DNA from: Eledone cirrhosa
Lineage: Eukaryota
DNA: 64,000 nucleotides
Reading direction: 5' to 3'
NCBI GenBank assembly: GCA_964016885.1
Contig: OZ024741.1
Coordinates: 35,774,001-35,838,000, forward strand
The notes below the pieces were generated by a model. The model saw nothing but the letters and a program-made list of their open reading frames with translations. It was not told the DNA's origin and ran no database searches. Below are positions 13,198 to 26,930 of this stretch, one piece after another. Numbering within the stretch: the first letter of the stretch is position 1; every line of letters starts with the position of its first letter. Both the position numbers and the translations under genes were made by a program.

Positions 13198-13582
13198 ATG
13201 TCATCATCATCATCGTTTAACGTCCAGGTTCCACGCTTGCATGGGTTTGGACGGGAGTTTTCCCACTTGAGGCAAGAGTGGTTGTCTTGCTCGCATAGGA
13301 CTGTCTGGCGGGTTTTTTACAGCTGGATGCCCTTCCTAACACCAACCACATTTACAGTGTGGGACTGGGTGGTTTTTACCGTGTTGCCTACACGGCCACA
13401 TTACAGCGTGGACTGTGTGTTTTTTTGTCGTGACACCTACACGATCTCATTTGTTTCGGCCTGGATTATTTCCGAAGGCCCAGCTGCCTTACCCGTCTTC
13501 ATATCTTTGATTGCCTTACTTATTATACTACCTTTGACTAACACTGCTGGTCCCTCTATTGGGTCGATGTGGGGGAGACTGT
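13198..13582 (-). mobile_element. Internally deleted RTE derivative (pre-RT coding fragment fused to 3'UTR)
   Basis: LPHIDPIEGPAVLVKGSIISKAIKDMKTGKAAGPS matches LPHVDPIEGPAVQVSGSVVSKAIRDMKIGKATGPS of the 41216 ORF. It runs directly into the RTE 3'UTR and (GAT)n tail. Confidence 0.8.
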
Positions 13583-13592
13583 GTATATATAT

Positions 13593-13810
13593 ATTCCATG
13601 CTTCCTGAAATTCGCCAACACTACACCTGATATTCCCCCTCCATACACACGAACGCATGTGCGTATATCATGACTCATACACTGTTCACTTTCCTGACTT
13701 TTGTACATTATTCTATGTATTATACATACACCTTTGATGAGTTGCAGTGCAGCTGAGCACTGTAAACAATAATTTTCATTATTATTATTATTATTATTAT
13801 CATTATTATT
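13593..13810 (+). mobile_element. CR1-type LINE 3' terminal fragment
   Basis: Near-identical to 48787-48975 (catgcttcc.gaaattc.ccaa.actacacctga...ttttcattattatt). Confidence 0.75.
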
Positions 13811-13937
13811 ATATGTATATATATAAATATGTGTATGTGTCAAAAAATTAACTAAATAATAAATAACAGAAAAACAAACAAAGAATAAAGAAAATGAAAA
13901 ACAAAAACAAAACAAAACAATAAAATCGTTCTCCTAC

Positions 13938-14087
13938 CTCCCAAGACTCTGGCAACCACTTCCAGTTTATATCTGTCTTCTGGAGTGTTCTCTGGAGTAT
14001 TTTGGGAAATCTGAATGTAGAAGCCTTGTTTATTAAGAAGTTTCAAAATATCATTGGGACCACTTTCTGCCACACTTCGGAATGTAT
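13938..14087 (-). CDS. Candidate 150-nt phase 1-1 coding exon (DTFRSVAESGPNDILKLLNKQGFYIQISQNTPENTPEDRYKLEVVARVLG), protein not recognised
   Basis: Long pyrimidine tract ttttctcttctgtttttgatatttctccag|AT and donor GGAG|gtagga. Open frame, length a multiple of 3, unique sequence with protein-like composition. Confidence 0.55.
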
Positions 14088-14521
14088 CTGGAGAAATATC
14101 AAAAACAGAAGAGAAAACCAGATGAGACATTTGTGAGTGAAAAAGGGAAAGAAGAAATAGCTGAATTTCTTAGAACAGCAACAACAACAGCAGCAAGCAC
14201 TTTAAGGCTTCTCTGCAAAAACAGGTGTTAGCCATGTGCATGCAGAGGGGGGGGGGGGCATAACAAGCTTCTCTTTACCCTACCTTCTGCATCCCTTCCT
14301 AACTAGCTCCAAGGCTTTCTTTTCCCCCATCATTATTTTTAGTAATATCTTTCTTGGTTTGTCCCTTCATCTGTTGCTTTCTGCCTTCGTCAGCTTCATT
14401 TCCATCACTCATCTCACCCAGTTCCTTTCATTCTCCCTCAACACATAACCTAGCCTCCTCATTCCAGAAGGCAAACATCAATCAAACCATGATGACATAT
14501 ATTGTGTGTATGCAGTATGGC

Positions 14522-14744
14522 TTAACCCATTAGCATTTAAAACAGCTGTATCCGGCCAGAATTCTCTCACCACTTACTGTTCAAACCAGTTGAAATTGGC
14601 TGTTCATACTGATGTTAAGGTATTGTTCTCAAAATAAATGACATCAAAATCTCATAGATTCGATATCATGTGAGATAATTAACAAAGCCTTTACCACAAA
14701 AATACAATAGCATATATAGAGTAATGTAAATGCTAAAGGGTTAA
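14522..14744. mobile_element. piggyBac-type MITE family 1
   Basis: TTAA-cccattagcatt ... aatgctaaaggg-TTAA. Confidence 0.8.
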
Positions 14745-17097
14745 AGGCAAAGAAGTTTGTTTGACAACCATAAGATTTCAGGTTCAATCCTATTGGTTGG
14801 TATTTTGTGCAAGTTAACCTAAGCCTTGTGAGTGAAATTGAATAGACAGAAACTGTTTTGAAGACACTTGGATCGAATGTGTCTGTAGTTTAAAGTGCCA
14901 GCCGTCTCACAACTCCCTGAGACTTACATAAATGGTATATGTGTCTGTGGAATACTCAACCACTTACATGTTAATTTGTTGATCAAACAACTGGTAAGAG
15001 ACCCAGGGACAGACCCCATGCAAGAAGGTTGGATAACATCAATGAGCTTGGCTGGTCTGGCATGGGAATCCAGTTGGATCAGTTGGAAACAGTTGCTTCT
15101 GACAGGACCTGCTGGGAAGAGTGTTTGAGGACTCTGCTCCCATGACCTTCTCAGGAATAAGTGGGCAAAGAAAAAGAAGAACAACAGCTGGAACACTCAT
15201 CCTAGTTCAGCAAAGCTATGATCAAAGAATCTCCAGCCTTGACTAGCTCACTGGACTGAATACATCTAGGTCTACATATGTCAATGACCACTAGGCAAAA
15301 AATAAAGACCCCAGCATATCAGTCCTAATAGATGATAGGAGAAATTATCCAAACATAAAAATCTGGGAATTGATGGACTTCTGTTGATTTCAGGGAAAAT
15401 GGACTCTAAATGATGGTGATGGTGGTCAGTGTTCCAGATATTCGATCAATGGAACAGCCAGCTCATGAAATTAACATGTCAGAGCATTTAACAGACATGT
15501 ATACCCTTAATGTGTATACTCCTCGGGGAGATTCAGCATGATTCAGTCTGTGATAAGGCTGGTCCTTTGAATTACAAGTACAGGCCATCAAATAGGCTTC
15601 CAAATAGTTTCTGTCTACCCAGTTTTATTTTCAAGTATGGGCTAACCCAAGGCTATAGTAAATAACACTTGTCCAAGATGCCATGCAGTGGGATGAACCT
15701 GGGCCCTAATGATTGTAAAGTGAACCTTTTAACCATTTGGCTGCATAGCACTCACAATCTTGAGATAAATATAACCTGGAATGTGGGCATTGGAAACAGA
15801 AGCAATCCCCATAATAGTAAGGGCCTTGGAAATGATAAAACAAAAACATGCAGACAAATATATAACTAAAGCCCAGAACTTACAAACATGCACAACAAAG
15901 CACTACACATATTATTGTACTTTCAATACAATAGAAATAACAACAAAACATTGCCTATATAGTGAGCTGCACTCAGTAATGCAGTGAATGCACGCAATAA
16001 AAATAAGAGAGTAGCAGGATTATTATCTTGATGTAAATCCTTTGTGGTTAATAAAGAAATCATTATTATTAGTATGTAATTTAAAATTATTTTAGATCTA
16101 AAGATAAAGGGATTATTCTTAGAATAATAATTCAAATTATACTTGTTTTTATTTTCTTAATTGATAATAATAAACAGTTTTATTACTTTTAGAAAACTAG
16201 TCTACTTGTGGCATGAAAAATGATGCAAGTTTTATCAATTGCTGAGAAAAATTATTTTCTAAATGTTTAAAATAATGTGTGTGTGTGTATGTGTGTGTGC
16301 GTGTGCGTGCGTGCGTGCGTGCGAAGCTAATATAAATATACATCAACAAACTTATAATACAAATATATGTATATACATATATAGAGATAAATATAAACAC
16401 ATTAACCCTTTTGTTTACTATATTTCCACTGCTTATGATTTTCAAAGATTTGGGAGAATTTTAATAACTTACTCATTATTAGGCTGATGTTTCAAACATA
16501 ACTTAACAAAGGTTCTTACATAAATTTAAGATGGAAGGATTTCAGATAAATATAAAAACCTAAAGAAACAGTTTTGTATTGTAGAACAAAGGACAGTTTC
16601 AGGCAGTTTAGTATTAAAAAGGTTAAGTTGGTGTTTGGAACTTAAAGGCTCTTACATGAAATTATGATGGAAGGTTTTTAGATAAATACAAACACTGGGG
16701 TGGTTTGATATCAAAGTCATTAAGGCATCCTAGTAGTAAGTATGTGTGTGAGGGAGTCTCTATGATTCTTCTGAGCCATGAGAAGCTGATGTGAAGTAGT
16801 GATGTTGACATATCCCTGTCTCTTCCAATCTAACCATTTTCTCATCAAAGACATGTTGCCAGCCTGTTATTCTTATCTCATGACTACCATAGAATATAAC
16901 TATGCAACAACATTCCACACATATCTATAAATCACATACAAATATTGGCTTATATTGACATATATTACTACTACTCATGTATATATTTGGTATTGTTTCT
17001 ACAGCTGGATGCCCTTCCTAACACAAACCATTTTACAGAATGTACTGGGAAGTATTTTTGGTGGCACCAGTAATACCAGTAATACCAAATCACAGAA

Positions 17098-17222
<125 letters not shown>

Positions 17223-17223
17223 A

Positions 17224-17442
17224 AGGCGTGTGGCTGAGTGGTTAGAGAATTGGATTCACAATCTTGAGGTTGTGAGTTTGATGTTTGATTCCTGGACCGG
17301 GCGATGCGTTATGTCCTTGAGCAAGACACTTTATTTCACGTTGCTCCTTCTACCTGGAGTTGCAACTGATAGATAGTATTAGCAATTGGAAAGACCAGCG
17401 GAAACATTGTTTCCTCGGTCCGATTTGACGAAAGTCGATCGA

Positions 17443-17445
<3 letters not shown>
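17224..17445 (+). mobile_element. tRNA-derived SINE family C (related copy 21423-21566 minus)
   Basis: ggcgtgtggctgagtggttagag (A-box) ...gtttgattcc (B-box-like), followed by gtccttgagcaagacactttatttcacgttgctcc. Confidence 0.7.
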
Positions 17446-17486
<41 letters not shown>

Positions 17487-17566
17487 ATACTCAAACATGT
17501 ATAAATATAATATACCTTACACATACATTTTGGCAATATCCCAGACGATTCCAGATTCCTACAAAA

Positions 17567-18225
17567 TTCACACTCACACTGAAGGTGTGTTGTCTACCCC
17601 ACATCTTTCACACTCACACTGAAGGTGTGTTGTCTACCCCACATCTTTCACACTCACACTGAAGCTGTGTTGTCTACCCCACATATTTCACACTCACACT
17701 GAAGCTGTGTTGTCTACCCCACATCTTTCACACTCACACTGAAGCTGTGTTGTCTACCCCACATCTTTCACACTCACACTGAAGCTGTGTTGTCTACCCC
17801 ACATCTTTCACACTCACACTGAAGCTGTGTTGTCTACCCCACATCTTTCACACTCACACTGAAGATGTGTTGTCTACCCCACATCTTTCACACTCACACT
17901 GAAGCTGTGTTGTCTACCCCACATCTTTCACACTCACACTGAAGATGTGTTGTCTACCCCACATCTTTCACACTCACACTGAAGCTGTGTTGTCTACCCC
18001 ACATCTTTCACACTCACACTGAAGATGTGTTGTCTACCCCACATCTTTCACACTCACACTGAAGCTGTGTTGTCTACCCCACATCTTTCACACTCACACT
18101 GAAGCTGTGTTGTCTACCCCACATCTTTCACACTCACACTGAAGCTGTGTTGTCTACCCCACATCTTTCACACTCACACTGAAGATGTGTTTTGTCTAGC
18201 TCATGTCTTTCACACTCACACTGAA
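17567..18225. repeat. Highly homogeneous 40-bp minisatellite (~16 copies)
   Basis: Unit ttcacactcacactgaag(c/a/g)tgtgttgtctaccccacatct. Confidence 0.95.
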
Positions 18226-19400
18226 AGCCACCAAAAGCCTCATATAATCCACACACGTACAAAGCGAAAGAGAGATGAAGTAAAGAACCATTTCAGTGAA
18301 ATTATATTGCAGAATATGAAGAACTATTCACCTATTCCTCACTTCTAACATCTTAGATAATAAACAAATGGATGTACAAATCTGTACAGCAAATCTCTAC
18401 AAGTTATAAACTCTACAAGTTATAAAAACTACAATCCTATTCAGAATAGATGTGTCACATCATTGCAGATAGCAATGTTAAGACACATCGAATCATATAC
18501 TAGTCAATGAAACATATGTTAATACTTCGAATAAACCCTACAGTATAGCTTATCTGTGTTATTCTTCATTCTTTCATTATATATATATATATATATAGGC
18601 ATATGGATGGCTGTGTGGTTAAGGGGTTCACTTTTCAATCACGTGGTTAAGAGGTTCCCTTCCAATCTGTGACACTTTGGTCAAATGGCACTTACTACAG
18701 TCTTGGTTTGATCAATGCTGCATGAGTGAAATTTGGAGGACGGAAACTGTGTAGAAATCCATCATATATGTGTATGTTGTCAGTATTTACGTTTGTGTCT
18801 ATCTGTGCTTTTGCTCCATAACTTAGTAGTATAACAACAACAAAAAGATCAATAAAATATCTACCAGACTTGAAAAAATAAGTACTGGAGTCAATATGAT
18901 TTAATAAATCCATTTAATAAGGAACCCTAACATACTTGCAGTCTAATGACTGAAACCAATAAAAGATTATAAGAATATTAAAAACTAAAAAATTACAGCT
19001 GCCACTCACAATTGAGTAGTATTTGGCAGTAACATGCTTTTGTTCAGGGTTTTAGGTGTCCATGCAGTTACAAGCAGATATAGACATGTTCTTGACCTTC
19101 CTAGCCTTGATCCAACAGAACATACATGATATGACAGCTTGAAGGTGAAAGGGCTGCACCAGTACTGGACTGGTACTTTCTTTATCAACCTCAATAAGAT
19201 GAAAAGCGAAGTGGATTTCGGCAGGATTTAAACACAGAGAATGGGGAAAATGTGAATAACTTATTTAAAATAATATTACTTCAGTAGTTTCCAGTTCCAT
19301 CATTTTTTTTTACTACTTAATCAGGGAAGGGAGTGATGTGGCAGTGCGCCTATGTCCCTCAGGGCCTCCAAGTCTAGTGGGGAGAGGTAGGGAAGTATTA

Positions 19401-19628
19401 TTAACCCTTTAGCATTTAAACCGGCCATATCCAGCTAGAATTTTCTTACCTCTTTCTGTTCAAACTGGCCATAACCAGCCACTCATACTGATGTTAAAGT
19501 ATTGTTCTCAAAATAAATAGTATCAAAATCTCATAAATTCGATATTATGTGAGATATTATGTTAGGATAAGCCTTTACCGTGAAAATTCAGTAGTAAATA
19601 TAGAATAATGTAAATGCTAAAGGGTTAA
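19401..19628. mobile_element. piggyBac-type MITE family 1 (best-preserved copy)
   Basis: TTAA TSD on both sides with perfect TIR CCCTTTAGCATT / AATGCTAAAGGG. CCC...GGG ends plus TTAA are piggyBac hallmarks. Confidence 0.88.
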
Positions 19629-20643
19629 ACTGGAGACTTGGCGTGAATGCTTACAACAGAATGGACTTTGCTAAAGTCACTCAAACAACAGGTGGCTGTG
19701 TGGGTTATGGATTATCTCTATGACACTAAACCATAAGATTTGTTTTTGCATCACAAACATCAAACCATAGTGAGAGACGTGACACATACTGCATGAATTT
19801 GAAATGATACCCTGAAATGGTCAGACCCACAATACTTTGACCCTTTCATTATCATATTTCTAATGAAGGACACTGCATATGATTTTCAAATAATTTTGAA
19901 AATAATCAAGAATTTAAGGAAACTTAGCTAATTTCTTTATTAAGCCAGTATTTGGAACATAAGGGTTCTTGCATAAAATGATGGAGGGTTTGAATTTAAA
20001 TATGAACAGTTTAAAACAAGCAGCTTTGTATCATAAAACCAAGGATAGTTTCAGGTGGGTTTAGTATCAGAAGAGTTAAACAAATTCAAGAATTTAGTAT
20101 CATGATGTGCCAAGTAAGAAGCAAATTAAACAATAGTATATAAAGACACTGGTGATAATCTATATTGGCAACAAGTGGGATACACAATTTAACACTTCTA
20201 TGACTTTATTTCTAAAAACCAAGTTGCCTGTGTTTAAATATAACCAAGATTTGTTAGGGTAAGATACCTTGTATCATCATTATCATCATCATTTTTATGT
20301 CCGCTTTTCCATGCTGGCATGAATTTGGATAGGATTGTTTCAAACAATGTTTTACAGCCTGGTTCTCTTCCTGATGCTAACCCTTTTAGTTACCTCTTAT
20401 GATATGCAGGGACATAATGGACCTATTCTAAAAACTGGGATATACACAGCATGAAAATACATAGCATGCTATTTATTATTATATTGATTTTCAAGTTTGG
20501 ATGGTTTCGGGTATTAAAAGGATTAAAAGTAGAATAAGTTGGTTTGGCATGAGAAAAAAGAAAATCATTATGGACAGAACTATTTTGATTTTTTTCAGAG
20601 AGTTGTTTCCTAAATAAATAAATTGAAATATATTTTCTAACAG

Positions 20644-20780
20644 AAACTGGTGGAGTCTGCACTGAATGCCAAAAACTGGTTTGGGACAAGGGTCCTCTCA
20701 GAGCAATGTGAAAGCAGAAAGACCAAGTTGAAGCAGATTAAACATAAGAAAAATAAAGACAAAGAACATTCTGAAGAAAA
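20644..20780 (+). CDS. Weak candidate plus-strand exon (KLVESALNAKNWFGTRVLSEQCESRKTKLKQIKHKKNKDKEHSEE)
   Basis: tattttctaacag| ... AA|gtatgt with one open frame. No partner exons identified. Confidence 0.15.
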
Positions 20781-23700
20781 GTATGTTCTAGAGTCATGAT
20801 AAAATGCACTCATTACACTATGAAAAGTGGTTGGTGTCAGGAAGGGCAGCCTGCCATAGAACCCATGCCAAAAAGGGCTGAGAGGACTCTGTAGTTGTGT
20901 CTAGGAGATGACTGGCTCCCTAGTGCCAGTGCCAGGATGGAATGCAAACATCAAACTCTGTAAAGTGGTTGACATTAGGAAGGGCATCCAACTGTAGAAA
21001 CCATGCCAAAACTGGAAAGCAAGACATATCGCTTAGCCTGTCTATGGAGACAATAATAACTTTGTTCCAACTTAGTCTGTAAGAAAAACAGATCTAAAAT
21101 GATGAATATAATTTTGAAAAAAAGTATGTATTTGGGTTTTTCTGACTGCCATAAACAGGAGAAAAACTAAGGTTTGCCAAGTCAAAATTCAACTAAGAAT
21201 AAGACATTTTGGAGAAGAATCATCATCATCATCATCATTTCATTTTACGTCCGCTTTTTCCCTGCTTGCAAGGGTGGGACGGGAACTGATTCTGGCTTGA
21301 TTTCTACAGCTGGATGCCCTTCCTAACACCAACCTCATTTACAGTGAGTGCTGAGTGCTTTTTTGCCGTGGCACCTCCACGACCACTTTGCAGTGGAATG
21401 ATTGGGACCCCAGCCCCTATCATCTCATTTCTACAGCTGAGTAAACTGGAGCAATGTGAAATAAAGTGTCTTGCTCAAGGAAACAACACATCACCCGGTC
21501 TGAGAATTGAACTCACAACCTTTTGATTGCAAGGCCAGTGCTCTAACCACTAAGCCATGTGCCTCCATCTAAGCAACAATTCTTTCAATTGACTGAAGTG
21601 GATTCTTGTACCATTCTCTCAACTTAACCATTTAGCTACATGAAGCTAAAACTAGTAAAAATATGAGACATCGAAAGTTTCTCAATCACTTGATCTAGTA
21701 GAAATAGCAGCCAAACCCCACCCAACTATCTTAACAAAAAGGAAAGCCACATTGGATTACATAGTACAAGAAACATTATATCCAAAGAAGAAATAAAATT
21801 GGAAAGTCGTGATATTTTGATGTGTATACTCTATATCTATAGCTATCTATCTATCTGATAGTGGCAATGGGTGGCATCATTGTTGTTATTGTTGTTGCTA
21901 TTGTTGTGGTTGTTGCTGCGGTGGTGGTTGTCATTGGAACCAATAAAGTAGCTAATGCCAGGTCAACTGGCCTAATGTACACTCCCAACCTATTCATGCC
22001 AGCCCCAACCACGAAATGATTAAACCTAATGCAGCATGGCCAAACACTGGCCAAACAACTTGTAAACAGGATCCTGGTTATTATATCACTATCCCACAAC
22101 TCACCATTTCTTTCACTGTTCTCTCCTGACTACTCCCTTCTCACCATCTCCATTTCACTATTCTCTTACCCTGTTAAGGGTAAGAGAATAGTGAAATTTC
22201 TTCTCCCACTTCACTCTTCTTCACCCTCCACCTGTGTGTTTTCATCTCTTCTCTCTACCACCATCTCTCATCCTTTCCTCTTCTGCATCCCTAGTCTCCT
22301 CCTATCATTTCTCCATCCTCTCCTCACACTCACCCACTCCTCCATCATGTCCAATCTCCAATCTTTCCTCCACCAGATCCGTTCCACACTCAAATGCTTC
22401 CTCCACCATCCCACCTCCCATTTGCATCCAATTCTCCTTGCATCTCTCTAACCTCCTCTTCACTATACATATATGTTGGTACGATGTCATGTGCAATAGA
22501 AATGAAAATCTTTTGACTTGAGTTCACTTGTCTGATGATCAGATTGATACAGGAGTCAGGTTTATCACACCAATAAAGCCCTCGAGTCAACCATCTGTGA
22601 AACATATGAAATGTTTGATATGCAATAAAAACACTTTAAAGTGAAACATTATCTCACACATCTAACTGTGTGTGTGTGTTTGTGTATGTGCACGCATATG
22701 TGTGTGTGTATGTGCACGCATATGTGTGTGTGTGTATGTGTGTGAGTGGGTGGTGGGTGTGTGAGCATGTGTGCATACATTTTTTATTAATGTATAGAAG
22801 CAGAGGATGCAACCGCAGGTGAGGGGTTTTTGCTTTTCGATTCAAATAAAATTCTTTATGATAATGAAAGTCCTTTGCACCAAGTTACAGTTATTCTCTT
22901 GTCATACATCCCTCTCACCATAAGAACTGCAGTGACCCACTGATTGGGCCAATAGTAAATCTATAAACAGGCAACAGCTGTTAAAAAAGACGTACCATTC
23001 AACACAAATCTTGTACAGACAGACACCTCCACAACCTCAGACTGCCACAAAATATCACAGACAACTGATATGTTAGAAAACACCAAAATTTCAAATTCCT
23101 TGATATTAAAACCACAATTGAAAAGAGATATCTACATGTCATATTATTTTACAAACTAAATTTCAATTCAGGTGGCCAAGAGCAAATAATCTGTTGATTT
23201 TCATGCTCTTTTATTCTTTTACAGGTTTCAGTGTTTAGACTGGCCATGCTAGGCCACTATTTTCAAAGGATTTTTTAGTCACTCATATTGGCCCTAGTAA
23301 TTTTTATTTTATTTTTATTTTTTTTTTAACAGTAAACGTAAACAAAGACACAGAAACACACACAAATGCACACACAGTTTCTGTTTATGAAATTTCACTT
23401 ACAAGCCATTTAACTTGAAATTATTGTAGAAAACACTAGCCCAAGGGCCATACTCTGAGACTGAACTTGAAACCCCATGGTTGGTAGATGGAAACTGCAG
23501 AAGCCTATCATAGATATGAGTCTGCATGTGTGTCTATCTTGTGTGTGTATCTTTTACTGATATGTATAAGTAAAGGTTGTAAACATGGGGCAAAAAGCAA
23601 AAAAACAAATATCAGTGGCTTTTGAATAAAGTCTTTTGTGATAATGAAGTTCTTTGCACTGGGTTACAGACACTCCTTTGTTAGTCTCACCATCAGAAAT

Positions 23701-23807
23701 GTAGTAGAAAAATAATTGGCTCATTGTAAATCTATAACCAATGATGCTGTTGTCCACAAATTGTAATATGAAATAGTATACATATATGTGTGTGTATGTG
23801 TATACAT

Positions 23808-23850
<43 letters not shown>

Positions 23851-24819
23851 GTATAAACCAAAGTTTTAGCTGTCATACAGCAAGTACTATTCGATTTGTT
23901 TGAGGCAATCACAAAGCACTCAATGGAGCAAAAGTTAAAAAACATTAGGGCCAGAGTAAACAATTATAAAGTGTGGCACTGGCCATACATAAAGCACAAT
24001 GACGATAGATACAGAAAGGTCTATATATATATATATATAGCATGGTCGGGTTTCTACCTCTGTTTATACCCACTTTGCATCTCTCCATGCATTGAATACT
24101 CCCATGAATTGTGGTCTTCCTGGTTTCAGCACTGCAGACTGTGTGTGTGAAAGCCATCATTCCAACAGAGTTGCATGCATCAGCCCACAGCCATCTGCCA
24201 TATGCACTGCTATGAGCATGTCCTCCTCCATTTCCTGCCAGATCATCCTACCAAGGCCTCACTCTCATTTGCTAAAGCAGTTACAGGTTGAAAGAGGCCC
24301 TGCTGCAGGCCTCACCCCAGATGATTTGTTGTGATTAAGGAAGATCTTCAGAGGCTCAACTTCGCCTTGGAGGGTGCAAAGGAGGTGACATGAGACCACA
24401 AGCAAAGGAGGTCACTGGTGGACCTGGTCGGCTCTATGTATGATGCCACCTCTGGGATCACTGACCTAGGATAACCCCAGTCCCATCAAACAAAAGCAAA
24501 GAAGAAGACATTCCAATAGATTAGAAAATACTCACTACATATGAACACAAACCATACATAGATACAAAAATACAGACTGAAAATATTTAGACAAACCCAT
24601 CATATTCAAAACATACATCATATCTATAAACATGATCACTTCATGTTCTAGAAATAGCACCAAATATTCTCAAATTAAACCATCCTGTCTTAACCCTTCT
24701 GACATATTTCTAATGAAAGATTTATCAAGCAATGTTGTAGGGGTGTTGGTTTGCCTTTTTTAAACAATATAAATAGTATTTATTTGTATATATAATATAC
24801 TCATCTGTAATGTTTGCTT

Positions 24820-25770
24820 TGACAGTGCTGGCTAAGAGATTTGGTGGTCTCAGCCTATGTTCCACTCGTGACTTGGCACTGCTGGCCTATCTCTACTTAA
24901 TCTCTTCCAGCTGCACACTCATTAATAAGATCCTCTGCAAGACGATAGAATCTGATATGACCCGAGAGCTGGAGTCAGCTGATTGGACCGACAAAGGCCT
25001 TGCCCTCCTCAAGTATACCAATGTCCAACATAATTGAGACAATGTCAAGAGCAAGTCCGCCTTCAGGCAGATCAAATCTTCTTTGAACCAATGCCATTTC
25101 ACCTGCCTATGTTCCACATCACAACTAAACCGTGGTGCTTAGCTCAATTCAGTACTTTCCTCATCAACTGGGACCCTTCTTGATGATGAATGCAGCTGCA
25201 CTGGAGTGGCACAGTGCCTTGGGATCTGCGTTTGCGAGACAAACAGATGCCGTTGTGAAGCAGTTGTTGACAAGTTCAGTCTGCACCTGCTATCTCGGTG
25301 CCATCATGCCACTCTGAATGAAATCATCAGAAGGAGATTCAAAGCAGCCAGTTTCCTATCACAATTGGAGCCGGCTGGCCTCAAACATAGAAAAGGCAAG
25401 CACCCCCAAAATTTAACCCACTTCCCTTTCAAGGGGGGAAAATCCCTAATTTGGGACATGCCATGCCGTGACTCGTTCTTTGCCTCCAACCTTGTCGCTT
25501 TGGCCACAAACCCAGCTGCCCACAATACAAAGGAGAGGAAGATAGTTAAATACCAGGGCCTGACCAGCTGCTTCTTCTTTGCATCAGTCTCTTGAGACCT
25601 CTGGTGCCCTTGATCCTGCACTGTTGATTTCCTCCATAAAATCGGAAAGATAGCAGCCCACTTGAGACGGGAGCCCTGCAAGGTAGGGTGGTTGTTGCAG
25701 CAGGTATCTCTGGCCATTCGCTGCAGTAACACCTTTGTATTTTGTGTACGGGGTACAGCTGAGGCTCCAC
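24820..25770 (+). mobile_element. Fossil restriction-like-endonuclease (RLE) non-LTR retrotransposon, CRE-like C-terminal half
   Basis: Fragments RFGGLSL..RDLALLAYL; CRCEAVVDKFSLHLLS.CHHATLNEII (zinc knuckle + RH..LN); LEPAGL....KHP..LT.FPFKGGKSLIWD..C.D (degenerate PD..D); ERK..KY; and QQVSLAIR....V.GT. Clade assignment is inference. Confidence 0.75.
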
Positions 25771-26133
25771 TCAGACTGGGGTGTAGTGTCTGTCCCTCCT
25801 CCTTTCTCTTTCTTTCATTGCTTTATTCTTTTTTCTTTTTCATCTTTTCATTTCCTTTTTTTTATTTCTTTTTTGTTCCCTTTAGTAGTTTTGTTTTTGT
25901 AAAATAATATAGTATAATAAAATAAAACTTAATTATAATATTGTAAACTAAATGTAAGTTTCAAAAATGTTCAAATCCTTTTGAAAATAATCGAGAATTT
26001 GGAGAGATTCAATAAAATAAATGACTTTCCCATTATTAAACTGGTGTTCTTAACATAACTTAAAGGTTCTTACTTATGATGGAAGGTTTTCAAATAAATA
26101 TAAACACTTAAAAACAAAGAGGTTTGTATTGTT

Positions 26134-26930
26134 TTAGGTTGGACAGAAAGTTTTTGCCATTTTAAAAATTTTAATTGCTGTTTTTTAACATTAGGAAAAT
26201 TTTACAAATCAAAATAATCACCATCCTTTGCAATTACCGGCTGCCATCATATAGAAAGGTACATTCTATCAACCCATGATCGCTTGTGGTTGATATTAAT
26301 GATGAGATGCCATTTTTCATCATCAGTGACATTGGATCATAACCAGTTGGTTGTGTGATGGTAGAAAAGCAGAGAAGTCACAGCTACCACCTGAAATTTA
26401 TAATGACAGTCAGATTGTGGAGCACCCATTGGTCCAGCTTGAACACCTTCCTTATGGCATGCAAGTGATTGACGTTGGTTGTTTTTGATGCCCCAAGCAC
26501 TTAGGAGAGTTGACATGGTCTGTGGTATGGGTCAGCTTCCACCAACTCATACAATTGTTCATCATTAAAGTCAGATGGATGGCCTGTGCAAAGTCAATCT
26601 TCAAGGGAGTAATCACTTGAACAGAAGCATGCAAACTAATCCCTAGCACTGTGTTTAGACATGGTGTGTAACCTAAATGCCTTGTTAATGTGATGCCTTG
26701 ATGCTGCTGTGCTTAGGCCAGATTTGAAGTCATAAAGTTAAGCAGCCACAAACAAATGATTTGGTTAGATCCCTGCTGCTTCCTCTATGACAGCATAACA
26801 TAAAATGAGGAATGCACATATTGCATACCAACATCATTTCTTGTATATGTGCATTATGTGAACATTTTCAGAACACTCTTACCAAAATACATCCTTTTGA
26901 AAAGCAGGAGGAACTTTCTGTCCAACCCAA
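26134..26930 (-). mobile_element. Degenerate, internally deleted mariner transposon
   Basis: TIRs ttaggttggacagaaagtt / aactttctgtccaacccaa followed by TA. Minus-strand remnants include *WQPVIAKDGDYFD* (mariner C-terminus) and LED...GHP (HTH linker). The flanks rejoin into a MITE family 2 copy. Confidence 0.75.

Noticed and set aside
17224-17305. tRNA gene
   Set aside because: A/B boxes are present but there is no complete cloverleaf, and the sequence continues into a SINE body. The same holds for other tRNA-like heads.
17567-18225. CRISPR-like regular array
   Set aside because: Units are contiguous and near-identical with no unique spacers, there are no cas genes, and the context is eukaryotic. 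It is a minisatellite.
22029-22521. 140-aa S/L/H/P-rich ORF
   Set aside because: CT-rich low-complexity sequence with no recognisable motif.
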